63,530 nucleotides of DNA from Rhynchobatus australiae (lineage: Eukaryota). A program made the translations under genes and the position numbers. Below are positions 25,816 through 38,897 of this stretch, piece after piece (positions within the stretch are counted from its first letter, which is position 1; the number at the start of each line of letters is the position of its first letter). The notes under the pieces were generated by a model. The model was not told where the DNA came from. It saw only the letters and a program-made list of their open reading frames with translations, and did no database searches. Where the stretch lies: contig JAUZTB010000107.1 in the NCBI GenBank assembly GCA_034780895.1, positions 84,054,210 through 84,117,739 on the forward strand, written 5' to 3'.

Positions 25816-26383
25816 TTGGTAATCAGTGGCCTGCACTTGTTGGGCAAGTGGGTGTTTTTACCACAAATATTTCTTCTGAGTTCTCTGCTGAAATCAAATA
25901 CCTACATGGCACGTGGGTTACCATTATAAACATTGCAAAGTATTGCTGTTTGTATGGAACAAAAAATGCCCAAGAAAGAGATTTGAATTGATTACACTTT
26001 CTCTTATTAATAATGGCTATACAAAGCTTTGTGCTATTCCAGCACATACTCTCCTCAGAATACTATGTCTTTAAGAGAGAAGTATTCTTATTTATTCTGT
26101 TGCAATTGATAACATGCTCATACAAAGATCCTAACAACCATACAACTCTGACAGAAATACTATACTTGGACAGGCTACAGCAGGGCTTCTGAATGACTTA
26201 TCAAAGTGAGGGAGTGGAAGGATATTTTTTTCCCAATGATATTTGTTAGCAATCAGCAGAAAAAGAGAGAATTTCCACTTTTAGTTGCATGGGTTAGCAG
26301 CTCAACTGTACCATACTCCTGAGTTTTCAGAGAAGTTTCGGAAGAGTGCAGGGAAGATGTTCTTTTCAATATTTGCTATTCTT

Positions 26384-26430
26384 GTTCTCAGTTCTAATTT
26401 TTAAAGCAAAAAAAAATTAGAACTGAGAAC
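26384..26430. repeat. Perfect 19-bp inverted repeat with 9-nt spacer
   Basis: GTTCTCAGTTCTAATTTTT (26384-26402) pairs with AAAAATTAGAACTGAGAAC (26412-26430). Confidence 0.9.
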
Positions 26431-26711
26431 TCTGACAGAACAGGCCAAATATCTATGAATTCTGTCGTCAGAACTTATCCCTTGGGCCTTATGCACTACT
26501 GAATATTCCTGGCTCTGAAACAACTGTTCTTTGGCCCATCATGGACAGACATTTATCAGGCTCAAACAAGCACTACTCAATTCCTCGGGAGATTGTAAAC
26601 ATGCCTTTCCTGAACTCACTCAGTATTCAAGTGAGAAATCTCATCCGAGAGCTGTGCAGCCTACAGCTCTTCAGCCAAACCCTCCCATCTGGCAAATCTG
26701 TTTTAACCTTT

Positions 26712-26935
26712 GGGACAGGAGCATGAAGACCCACACACAATGATTCAGGAACAGCTTCTTCTCCTCCGCCATCAGATTTCTGAATAATCCATGAACCCAC
26801 GAACACAACCTCGTTAATCCTCTTTTGCACTACTTATTTATTTTGTAATTTATTGTAATTTTTATGTCTTTGTACAGTATTGCTGCTGCAAAACAACAAA
26901 TTTCACGTCATATAAGTCAATAATAATAAGCCTAA
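26712..26935 (+). mobile_element. Rex1/Babar-type LINE 3' end
   Basis: Encodes RSMKTHTQ*FRNSFFSSAIRFLN, matching the Rex1-type C-terminus (RS..T.T.RFRNSFFP.AIR.LN), followed by the 3' UTR. Confidence 0.8.
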
Positions 26936-29900
26936 ATTTAAACAATTTGACTTTAACATGATATATTTTTTAAAAACTAGATTAAGTGATTAATTGAGGG
27001 CTTTTGCTTTGAAAACGCACGCATTATCTGTTTAATGACAATTTTATCTTGGTTGATATTTGAGCCTCCGGTAATTGCTACAGCCTAATATTTGACTTCT
27101 CGCCTAGTTTTACTGGAATCTTGTGGTGGGGATTTCTTCAGCGATACCAGTCAGTCCTTCCAATTGTGTTTTCTCTACACCTGTGGTATCTTTCAAGTGA
27201 TAATCTCTATCAGGTCCATCTTACTCTGTCATCATTCAAACCTTAACAGCCTTGAGCATTTTGTGAGATGGAGGAGGGCTAGAGAGGAGTCTTTTGATTT
27301 TGGAAGCTTGTTATTTATTTTTAGTAGGTCAATGGCTGATATAGTCCCCCAGTTTTCACAATAGCGGGTGAACTAACCTCACTTTCTGAGGAGATCAGTT
27401 TTGTTCGATTGCATACAAACAAAACTGAACTGCAATTGACCTCTTAGCTTATCTGACATTACACTTATAGCTGGCAAAGTTAATTACTTCCCAGAGGGTG
27501 TTTATGTACTTCTTTCCGCCACATGAATCTCTTTCATTTACAGTGTATAACCAGGTGAAATTTGACAGCCTTGTCACAGAAAACTGGGTTCTTGGAAGAT
27601 CTTATAGAGAAAGTAACTCACAAAATTGGCAGCTAAAACTGATGATAAGGTCCTTGGGAAGGGCAATGAAGTATTGCTATTGGAGAGGGCCTGATCTTGT
27701 GTTTTGCATTGGGAGCCACGCCCCCACCCCCACCCCCACCCCCAAGCAACTATATTTTTTGCTATGCACAAGGCCCAAAATGTGCTGCAGTGTAGAACAG
27801 CCATTGTTTGAGGAAACTCATTCAAAAGCCTCCCCTCACCAAGCTGCTACCAGGCAGAAAAGTGAAGCTTACAGAGATATCATTTGGCTAACAGATTCAG
27901 GGTGGGAAGGGGAAGATTGTATTGGAGGGGGAATATCAAGAGGTGTGGGTCAGGATTGATCAATAAACAGGAGCTGAATGAGTGTAATGGATTGAGGAGA
28001 TGATTGGGCAGGTGGATTGGGAAAAACCATTCAGGGAAATGGTAAGGGGGAGGATTGGGGACGAGGAAGAAAAATTGTCAGGAAAAGGCCCGAGGTCATT
28101 GATAGTGAGGATAGATTTTGGAAGTGATCATTAGTGAGAATACTGAAGACAAAAACCTACCAGAAAGAAGATGATCTCTTGGAGTTTGCAGCAGTGGGCT
28201 GTGTAAGGCCAAGTCCTCTAAAGGCCTGCTCCTGGCCTCATCTGCACAGTATAATTCAGTACAACTGATGTTAATATGGGTATTGAACACTGTTTGTTCA
28301 ATGTCCATGAGGACCTGGGGGGAGAAAATCCAGAAATGCTCCTTTGGCACAATAAGTATCCAATCACTGTGATCAGGATAGAATTTTCAGCTCAATGTGT
28401 AAGCAAATAAATAGTGATGAATCAGGAATGACAAAATATCTTAAAATGTTTTGAAAGACTTTGACTCCAATATACAAAGCCCTATCTTGTTTATCTGTCT
28501 GCTTAAGGAGAGAGTCTTAACTTATGGGTACAGGCTTGGAGGAAGCAGATGCTGGCCATCTAGTCAATGAACCAGTCAAGAAGGGAAGACAGGGATTAAG
28601 ACCAATTTAATTGTTGGATCTTATTTAAGACATTGAAAATGTTATCCAACACTCATAAAGCTCAGGCAGACAGTTGGTAAACTTCTAAGACACCCTAACC
28701 ATTAAAAAGATTAGGTCCTCAGAGGAGTTTCAATGGGCAAGAGGTGTGACGGTAATCGCCAAAAATAAAAATTATCTTGACTCATTCATAATGGCTTATG
28801 TTGCAAAGAGAATCATGAACAACAGAAATGAGAAATAAAAATACAAAATGCTTAAAACCCTATCTTTGTTCAACTGTAATTCAACCCTCTGCAATTCATA
28901 ATGTCTTAAGCTTACGATCAATAACTATTTTTATCAAAATAGTATTGGGGTGACTAGAGTCTGAACATTTTCATATTTTGTCAGTTTGAATGAAGACTCA
29001 AATGATGTCAGTAATGCTTTAGATTTTTATATTAAAGATACTTGTAACACTGGAAGCATTGTATTACTAAGAATCTTATAATTAATCAATAATGCTACCC
29101 TTGTATACCATCTTCTAGTAGAAAATAGCTCAGTAAGATTCAGAAAATTAATTTAAAAGGGTGGTGCCATCTGTAGAAAAGGCTGTGTTCTTGTCAGGAG
29201 GAATTTAATAAAGTGCTCTTTGTACTGAGGCAAAAACGTACAGTTTGACTTAGTTAACATCGCTGTTTGACAGTTGTCCATGCAATTCAATATATGCACC
29301 TGATTCCTTCAAGGGAGGATATTAAAAAAACTATCAACACTAAGCTTCTTTATCTGTTTTTCTTGACAACAAAGCTTATTATTTATTTTACCCCAGATAG
29401 TAGACTTATAGCAAGGGTGAGACCTGAAGCTAAAGACCTGACATTCAGATTTTTGTGTGTTATACATTTGGGCTGAGTGAACATATCAGAACGGGAAACC
29501 TTTAATGTCATTTTTGATCATTTTCATTTAAACAACTACACACTTTAATTTTTATTATTTATATTACAAAATATATGTTGAAATAAATCAAAGAGATTGC
29601 TTGGTGTTGAATAAAAGATAGTTTATTCAGAAATAAATAAAGATTACAGAAAAATAGATACATTACACTTCTGCTTAGAAATAATCCTGTTTGAAATTTG
29701 AACAGAGTTAGCTCATTATCATACTGAATTCAGAGCTTGGATTGTGGAGAATTAATTATGGTGTATGCTAAGCACTGGTGCATCTTAAAGATAATAATTA
29801 TACTAAACTAGAGACCACTAGTGTCTAATTCCATTATTTGTGGACTGATTCTCTTTTATAGGGAAACTTGGGGAAAGGCCGAAACATGAGGTGAAAACAA

Positions 29901-32900
29901 GAAACAATAAGTTAAATTAGGAAACAAGAATGATTGAGTAATACCTAATTTAAAAACTTGAATACTATAAATGGAAAGAAAATAAAGGAGCCAAGGACCT
30001 ATACTTTTAGTGCATAATGAGCCATATGTGTACGTCTTTTAAGTACAGCCTATACTAATCTCCAGGAACACCAGGCACTTTAAATGCGTGTTAGTTCTTT
30101 ATTACACAGTACACTTCACATCAATGATGACATCATTTAGTCATATGCATATGTGACTCATTTAAATATTTGTGTACACATATGTCGCATTGCTTTCCCT
30201 CTCTGAGTGTTAAAGCAATTATGGATTCAGTCTGTCAATTGGCTTTCTCAGACATAATCCTTCTCTGTTTGGATCTCTGGTGTTTTAGTTATCACTTAAT
30301 TGAAAGCAAGTGTGACACCCTGACTCAACTTACTATTGACACGTATCTCCTCCTCAATAGTTGATTCTTTATTTTTTTCTGGAATATATTCTCATATTCA
30401 ATAGGTTCTCACATGTGGTTCTCACTGCAATCGTTCAGCACAGACACTTTTAACCTTTTCTCCAATTCAAACAAAGTATCATTTAGTACAGCAGACTTTA
30501 CATCTCACCAATATTCCACTTTTATGTATCATACTTGTTCAACAGTTTTAGTGCTCTCTCTTCTTTCTGTTGTTTGAACTATTGTTTCTTCCCATTAATT
30601 GCTGGGATGTGAATTATGACTTTGCTTTTGTTTCAGGTGCTTTCCCTCCTCTAAGATGAGCTACAACAAACTTAAATTCATTCAAAGTTTGTGGTGCATC
30701 AACACATCTGCTGGTGTGAGCCCTGTATTAGAATATGGCATTATATGATACTTGAATGGGAAGTTAACAAAACAATGACTCATGGTTGAACTTGGACAAC
30801 CTTTGAAAACTTATCTCTTCGAGGCTTTCCTCTATTTAACTGTTAGAGACTAAATGGTATCGGGAGAATTAATAATATCTGACATCACTGTATCCCGTAA
30901 AACATTCAAATCAATATGACAAGACCTAGACCCATCATTTGNNNNNNNNNNNNNNNNNNNNNNNNNNNNNNNNNNNNNNNNNNNNNNNNNNNNNNNNNNN
31001 NNNNNNNNNNNNNNNNNNNNNNNNNNNNNNNNNNNNNNNNNNNNNNNNNNNNNNNNNNNNNNNNNNNNNNNNNNNNNNNNNNNNNNNNNNNNNNNNNNNN
31101 NNNNNNNNNNNNNNNNNNNNNNNNNNNNNNNNNNNNNNNNNNNNNNNNNNNNNNNNNNNNNNNNNNNNNNNNNNNNNNNNNNNNNNNNNNNNNNNNNNNN
31201 NNNNNNNNNNNNNNNNNNNNNNNNNNNNNNNNNNNNNNNNNNNNNNNNNNNNNNNNNNNNNNNNNNNNNNNNNNNNNNNNNNNNNNNNNNNNNNNNNNNN
31301 NNNNNNNNNNNNNNNNNNNNNNNNNNNNNNNNNNNNNNNNNNNNNNNNNNNNNNNTTCCTTCCAGTTGCTGCTGGTGTTTGGTCCTGAGGAAGTATCCTG
31401 ACTCCAGTCCTGTACCAGTGTGCTGCATTTGGCTTCTCTGTGAGCTTGCTCTTTGCTCAACATTGTGACATCACCAAACCAGTTTTTAGGTGACGGTTAT
31501 ATCCTCACCATCTACAGCATAATCTTTATGTAGAGAATCTGCGATGAATTTTATTTGGAAGACTGATGATCAAAGGTATATTAGGAAACAGAGTCACCAT
31601 CTCTGTACTCTAACAGCTGCCATAGTTGGAATTGCTGAGTCTGTACATACAATGGCTACAAGACTTTATGATCCATAATTAAACTGAAAGATCTTCTAAA
31701 CAGAAAGTGGTGAAACTTCACTCCAAAAGTGATTGTTTGCTCTTTTTTTCTATTTGTACATAATTCCATTCATTTTCATGTAAAGAGCAAGATGCAAATG
31801 CTATTGACTTCTCTTGGCTATCGTCCATGGCACAGCTGATAATAACAGTCATTCCTCCATTCCTGGACAAATTTCCTCCTATGAAGAAGTTTCACTGATA
31901 ACACTGCTCTGATTCGTTGTTTTAGACTTGGACTTGCATATCCTCACTATTCGTCTCTTCTGTCACATAAAACATTTTGCCTCCTTAAAGGAAGTGACCT
32001 GCTCCAAATGGCTGCCATTATTTCTATAGCAAGAATTTGCACCATTTGCGCTAGCGTTGTATCAGCAATGGAGATTTTGATGCTGCACTATAACATAAGC
32101 TACATATGCCAGGCGCTGGACAAAATCCCTGGGCATTTTTCACAGCCCTTTGTATTAATTCTGCAATTTTGCCAGCAAACCTAAGATTATGCATATGTAA
32201 CAATTTGGACTGAATCCTTTTCATTCTTTAAACCACACACAAATCCAGCTAGCAGTGCATCATTTAAGAATTCACCAAACATGTAAAATCTCAATGCAAA
32301 ACTATGTTCTCTAAATGGATCTTAGATTTTTCATGCCAGACTTGTATCTTGCTGCTATTTCAAGTGGTCATGAATTGAAATCATACTTGTATTCCTGCAC
32401 AAATTCTCTGAAGAGACAATCTTTGGCTTGCTGTGGGGTTACCAGATTAATAGATGTACAAGAGGTTTTAGAGCCAATGTCTATCATACACTCTCTTATA
32501 GTAATTTCAATCCCTGTGTATTTGCAATTTGATCTCTTACTTCCAGTACATTATTAGCAGTGAAGAACATTTCCATTCTATATATGTTGTGAAGGACTCT
32601 TATTCTTTGATTCATGAAAGGAATGTGGCCCTGGGAAACATTTCATTAAGCAAAATTTCATGAATTGGAAAGTTTGGGTGACATGCACCACAGGAATTTT
32701 GATACAATGTATTCCTTTGTATGCCTTTGTGGCACACTATTCATTGTAGCAGCAAGTAGATTTATAAAATAAAAACACATACTTCCAAAGAGTCAATGAT
32801 GTTGTAACAAGAATTCAAAATTCGAACGTTTTTATATTAGGGAACATGATTGCATCTCCTCAGCTGCCTATGATCTGTTTGAGTTTGAGCTTGAGCTTCC

Positions 32901-33210
32901 ATTTTGTTGCCCATTTCCTGTTTGAACAGTGGTAATGCTGCACTCAGTGATCATCTGCCTTATCCTTAGTTCTCCTGCCTTAATTTTCCTGCTCATGATA
33001 TCTAGCTTCTCCAGCAGAATTTGTGGCTGCTGCCACCTTGTTAACTGTTGCAGCCCAAACATAGGCTGCAAGTCTATCCGCTCGTTATACCCAGGAAATC
33101 TTTGACGTCTAAGCTGTTGTCACTTTCCTGACTGTGAAATTTTGAGGTCCTGTTGCTGATAATATCAACCACCTGTGAATGCTTCAAAGAGTTTAATCAA
33201 ATCACCAGTG

Positions 33211-34030
33211 TTTTTCCCCAAACTATACTTTATTCATAAAATGTAAAGGTATACAAACAGGTAATAACATTTCCTTCACTCGGTATATGAAGCATATCAA
33301 TATATTCCCTTACAATATTTGCAATATATCAATATGTCACCAATTTTGCATTCCCAGACATAAAAAATTGCTAAGTTTGAGAAGTTATCATGCAGGAACA
33401 GTCTTTGGTGTTCATCAGCAGGAGCACCCTGTGCTGTGGCCTAATCCCAATCGGCTTTTGCAGTTGCAGCATCAAACTTTTGGTACATATCTCAGCACAT
33501 CCTGCAGTTCAGAATAAGATAAGTTATTTATTTATTAGTCACATGTACCTCGAAACACAGAATGAAATGAGTTACGAGAGATGTTCATTTGGTTGTGGAC
33601 ACCTCTTTGCACAGAAAGACGAACAAATTTCTGGCAGACCAAAGTGCAACTTTTGCTTAATTGATGATCAAAGTCAATGATTTTCTCAATCTGCATTCCT
33701 GGAAACAGCCCATAGGGCAGTAAGTCCTATGTTATGCAGTTGCTTAGGATAAACCTTGACAAAGATCCCTTACTAAACCTTCTTGGTAAACACACAGTCC
33801 CCAAAACCACGTCAAGGACAGCATTCAGTGGGATTGAGACTCAGGCTGTGAATGTACATTTCTCACCACCAGTCAAGCAAAGTCTCGACACTCATTTGAG
33901 ACTTCTGGTAATGAGATGTTTTGCCAAATGACTTCAACAGTCTGCTTAGAAATCATTTGACAGGATCTACCATCTTCTTCTCCAACAGACCTCTAATACT
34001 CTTGTTTGGACCTGATGCATATTGGTTGTA
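33211..34030 (-). mobile_element. Tx1-like L1 retrotransposon 3' end, degraded, with a SINE tail inserted at about 33515-33570
   Basis: The reverse strand encodes QTVEVIWQNISLPEVSN, YGLFPGMQIE, ALWSARNLFVF and FDAATAKA. The 3' end reads TTTATGAATAAAGTATAGTTTGGGGAAAAA. Confidence 0.8.
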
Positions 34031-34044
34031 ACCAACAGTGGATC

Positions 34045-34212
34045 AGGCAGCATCAGTAGAGGGAAATGGATAATCGACATTTCCAGTTCAGATGAAGGGT
34101 CTTGACCCGAACGTTGACTGTCCATTTCCCTCCACAGGTGCTATCTGACCCACTGAGCTCCTCCAGCCATTTGTTGTTACTCCAGATTCCAGCATCTGCC
34201 ATCTCTTGTGTC
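34045..34212. mobile_element. Short Penelope-related repeat with internal inverted symmetry
   Basis: CAGGCAGCATCAGTAGAGGGAAATGGA... folds back on ...TCCATTTCCCTCCACAGGTGCTATCTG. Confidence 0.7.
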
Positions 34213-34471
34213 GTTATATGTTGGTTGTTTTGACCATTCTTGCCAGTGTATTGGGAAGTAGTCTGTGAACCATTGCAGAGCTGGTAATTACTGACTATAA
34301 TAAACACCATGAGCTTCCAGTCATGTGTTAATCCTTACTACAGCCTAACAACTAACATGTGGGCTTACATCACACACATGATGACATCTCTGGGTCACAC
34401 AGACATGACTTATTTATAACTTTACATAAATGATACCACAGCACAGTTCCTGCTGGCTGCCTAAAATACGT

Positions 34472-34605
34472 GGAGACACAAGACACTGCAGATGCTGGAA
34501 CCTGAAGCAAAAAAGAAACTGCTGGATGAACTCAGCGGGTCAGGCAGCATCTGTGGAGGCCGAGGGATGGTCGACATTTCGGGTCAAAACCCTGCATCAG
34601 GTCTC
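34472..34605. mobile_element. Short Penelope-related repeat, inverted relative to 34095-34212
   Basis: GACACAAGACACTGCAGATGCTGGAA..CTGCTGGATGAACTCAGCGGGTCAGGCAGCATCTGTGGAG..TTTCGGGTCAAAACCCTGCATCAG. Confidence 0.75.
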
Positions 34606-37029
34606 AGTGCTAGGGAAAAATAAATTAGATATGTAATCAACTAATTTAAAATCTGAATTCATGTGGCATCTAGGTAGATCAAAATTTAATTTGTATTATA
34701 TTTCTTCATCCTCAAAAAGATTGAATGCTGCTGAAAAGAACATTCAGCAGGCCAAAAGGCTGTTCGTGCACCACAGACATCACCTTTGCAGAAGATAACA
34801 TGCCTTATCAGGACCCTTTTCCCCAATAAGGCAAATTAAATTTATTCTGGTCTTTGAGGTTTGCAATATTGCAAACTAAATGATATAGAAGTATGGGGTC
34901 AAAATTTGCTGTGTAATGTGTCAATGGGAGATTGGATTATTAGGGAGTGTGCATTTAAAATGGATAATTTGAAATGTTTTGATGAAACATCTGACCTGGT
35001 GCAGTTTAATCAATTGGAAATTTTCAGCCTTTGTTAATTTTTCACACTTGACCAGCTGATCTGCACAGAGCCAAGGGCCTTGGGTGCTTATTGTTTTTTG
35101 TAGAGTTTTATCTCTCCTATTAAGGCATGGGTCAGAGGTTGTGTACGGGAGCTCACATTATTAGTTTATTTGTTCAGAATCTGCATCTCGTTAATTGGTG
35201 GTTGGAATTCGGGTCTTTTGTTCTCACAGAATGTTGAAGCCACGTGGAAAATTGAAGCAGACACCAAACCTCACCAGCCATGTCACTCCCTTTTGTTTGT
35301 GATTGGTCTTGTCCTTCAAATTAAGTGTCATGTTCTCTTTTTCTTGCTTAAACTGCATGTTTTTGTTTCATCTTGGACTGTGTCACATCGGAATTGAACC
35401 TTTTTAAAACATCACAATTCTTTTACTAAAGTACAGAACACAATGAGGAGAATAATTGGGCTTCCTGCACAACCTTCAGTCATTTTCACTTGGAGAAGAT
35501 AATTGTCTAGTAACATGTCAGAGCTGTTTCAGGCCCATGTAGTTCTTGCACAGTTTATTGTAACTAAAAGAAAAGCCTATAATTTTCCCCTAAATTGCAT
35601 TTCAGAAGTTCCTTCATATAACCTTATGATCCTCCACCTTTTGCAAGCAGCATGAAGGGACATATTAGATGGGAAGACAAGGGATCTCTTTCATATTATT
35701 TGAACACAAAATGCATAGAATTAGCTGTCAGTGGAAACTTCTTTGGCTAGATTGCACTACATTCACTCTTTTAAGTAGTCTTGAGAAAGTTGGTCACTCA
35801 AAAAAAGTACTCCTAAAGTATGTTACCAGCATGGAGAAAAAATATCGGTAATCACAGAGTTAGCTTTACCTTTAAACGATTGGTGTATATCTAAGTCTAA
35901 ACGTCTGTTAATACCTGTTTTAATATAATAATGGTGACTGATCATTACAATCAAAAAAGACTGTTAAGTGAGTTACATAACTTGCTGAGGTGCTCAGTTT
36001 ATACATGGTGGTATGTTATGACGTTGGTTTCATAGGGTCAGTGATTCTGTGAGCATTTTAAAGAATGGGTAAACACAACAAGAAAAAACCACAGAGAAAA
36101 AATGCTTAAAATACTAAGGCATGTATTCATGAACATAGGAAGAACATGTAGGAACTGAGCCAAGTGTTACAGCAAGCCTGTCTGAACAGTTCTGCCACAA
36201 TACATCCACATTTCAGTAAAGTATAAAAAGAAATTGCATAATTCTTGAATCTCATTTCCATTATCTTGATACCAGCAAGTATTAAAGGCATTAGTGTAGG
36301 TCTCAAATCAGGCTAATTACTGGATATAAGAAAGTAACCTGTTGATATTTTTATTATTGTAATATGTAGCATATTAACTAAGTTATTATTTAGCAACATA
36401 ACCACCACATAACTCTTTGCCAGTATCAGTTATTTCGGTACCTGTAGGAATCTCGTGGCTTTGCCATTTGTGATGTTCTAATACAACACTGTTTTGAAAT
36501 TTGTCTCCATATAATCACATCAGTGTGTTGTTCTCCTGGCATTGACTTCATTAGGCACTGACTTAAAGTTTAGTACAATGGGCCAGGGATAATTTTTTAG
36601 CAATTAAATTGAAATACATACCTCTTTATATTGCTTACGATTCTCCATTAAATTGAAAGGATAATTTCAACAGTTACAGAATTTTGAAATAATGAATATT
36701 TATACTGGTTAATGGTCTGCTAGAGTTGTTGCATAGCTGTAATTATTTAACTTCTTCTGTTAAAAATGCTCGAATTATTACCTAACCACTACAACAAAGA
36801 AGTTCCTGGTACTTTTTTTCAGTAACAGCCACAGCTGTAATTTTATTAATTCTAATTCCAGAAGAAATATAAATGTATTATACTATGTATTAGAACTCAT
36901 TGTTTGCTCATGACCATGCAAACTGGCTGGTGAACATCCCTTCCTTGAAACAAATGCATGTCATTTTAACTTCAATTCTTATGATTTATAATCAAAATAA
37001 ATGTGGAGAAATTACAAAAGAAAAAGATT

Positions 37030-37555
37030 TAGGCTGAGAAGTGGCAAGTAACGTTTGCACTATTTAGGTGCAAACAACGACTACCTCCAGCTAAAGATTC
37101 AAAGCACCATTCCTTGATTTTCAGCAGCATTCCCATCACTAATTAGCCACCCCATCACCATTTCGGTGTCCTTCATCTGCAACGCACAAGCTTGCAGTGT
37201 GATTCACTACTTGCCTGGCTTAGTGCCCCGATGACCACACTGAGAAAACTCAACACTCTTCAGGATAAAGGAGGTACCAGACTGCCATCCTATCCACAAC
37301 TTCCACCAAAGGTGAACTCAGCATGTGAAGACCCCACCACTTTCAATTTCCCCAAAGTCACACACCATCCTGGCTTGGAAATATATCACTGTTCTTTCAT
37401 TGTTGCTTGGTAAAAATTCTGGAATTACATTGCAAATACTTGCAGGAATTCCTTCTACACACAGCTGCAGCGATTCAAGAAGATGTTCACTATCACTTTC
37501 TGGAGAGTAGTTGGGGATGGATGACCTTGCTGTTGATACTTAAGTCCAATAAATT
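37030..37555 (+). mobile_element. LINE (CR1/L2-group) ORF2 3' region, degraded
   Basis: AEKWQVTFA (cf. WADKWQVTFAP) and TTLRKLNTLQDK (cf. TTLKKLDTIQDK) fragments. Confidence 0.65.
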
Positions 37556-37914
37556 TATTTAAATAAATCACAAACTGATAATAACAATAACTTACTGTTG
37601 TAACTCTGAAATATTAAGGATCTCCTGTTAACAGGAAATCCCACAACATAATTGTGTCATTGACATTCAGCAATTGATACGATGAGCTGCAGGTGATCAC
37701 CACAAGAACATTATTTTACCTGCAAGTACACCAGTCATGAGCTGCACCATATTTACTTTGGTTGACAGTCCTTGAGAAAACCATTGGCTGCTTCCTTCCT
37801 TCAGGTTAACACATTTGTTTCTCCCACCTGTGTATTGCAGAAAGGAAGCAATAAACTTGATAGAGGTCAAATGTCGATGGAGTATCTGACCTCTTACTCT
37901 GCTGCTGGACTCAC

Positions 37915-38045
37915 CACTGAGTTCTGGGATGGTTTTGGTCTATACTGAACTGAGGGGTTGGATATCTGTCGAAGCTGGCTACTCAATTCAGCAATGGTTT
38001 GTGTATCAAGCGTAGCCCCATTCAAATTAATGGGATCAATGATCT
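37915..38045 (-). CDS. Candidate internal coding exon of an unidentified host gene (IIDPINLNGATLDTQTIAELSSQLRQISNPSVQYRPKPSQNSV)
   Basis: Acceptor CATTCTACAGTTACACTTTTAACAG| and consensus donor GTG|GTGAGT. Only one of three frames is open. It lies in non-repeat sequence and retains CpG codons. I do not recognise the protein. Confidence 0.45.
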
Positions 38046-38897
38046 CTGTTAAAAGTGTAACTGTAGAATGTTTATTTTGTTGCTTTTTCATTATTTTATT
38101 TTATATTTGTCTTTAACTAACTACAACAGTTTAATGGTTTATTTCCACTGTATTTATTGTTTCTATTTTGGATGGGAATCTTGAATATCCATCAGCACCA
38201 CTGTCTGAACTGAAGGACACAGCTGATAGATCAGGCCTGAGGCAGATGATGAAAGAACAAACATGAGAGGAAAAAAACGAGACTTTGTTCTCTTTAATCT
38301 GTCTGATGTTGAGGCATCCACTTGTAGTAGGTTTGTTACATGTGGCCACCATACAGTTCTTGTGGCGATGAAGTCCATCTTCACAATAAGGACACACTCC
38401 ATTGTGTTGTGTGGCATTACCATCATGTTAGATGGTGACCATTGTGACTGGAGCACAAAATAATGGTATCTATGCATTCCCAGTCTTTTGGTGGAGAATG
38501 TAATGGCTTGGCCATGATTCAAACACATCCAGTAAAGAAGTTTACAAAAGCAAAAACAGATGCTATTAAAAGTATATAAGAAAAAATTAGAAAAGCAAAT
38601 AATGCACAAAACTGGAGGACTGTTAATTATAGCTAATATACTGAAAGGAAACTAGAACAAGGACTTTAGACAACAACTTAATATCAATGATAGAAAAGAT
38701 AATGGAATTTCTGCTGATAGTTATAATAAAAAGAATAGTTAAGGATAAAGTATAAGACTTAATATGTTTGGATTTCTCAAAAAAAATCTTTAGACATGAC
38801 TAATGTCAGAACTGTGGGGTCAAGCAACATGTTGTAGAATGGATAGCAAGCTCACTACAAAACACTCAGACAGCAGGAGTTAAAGACAGTTATTTGT

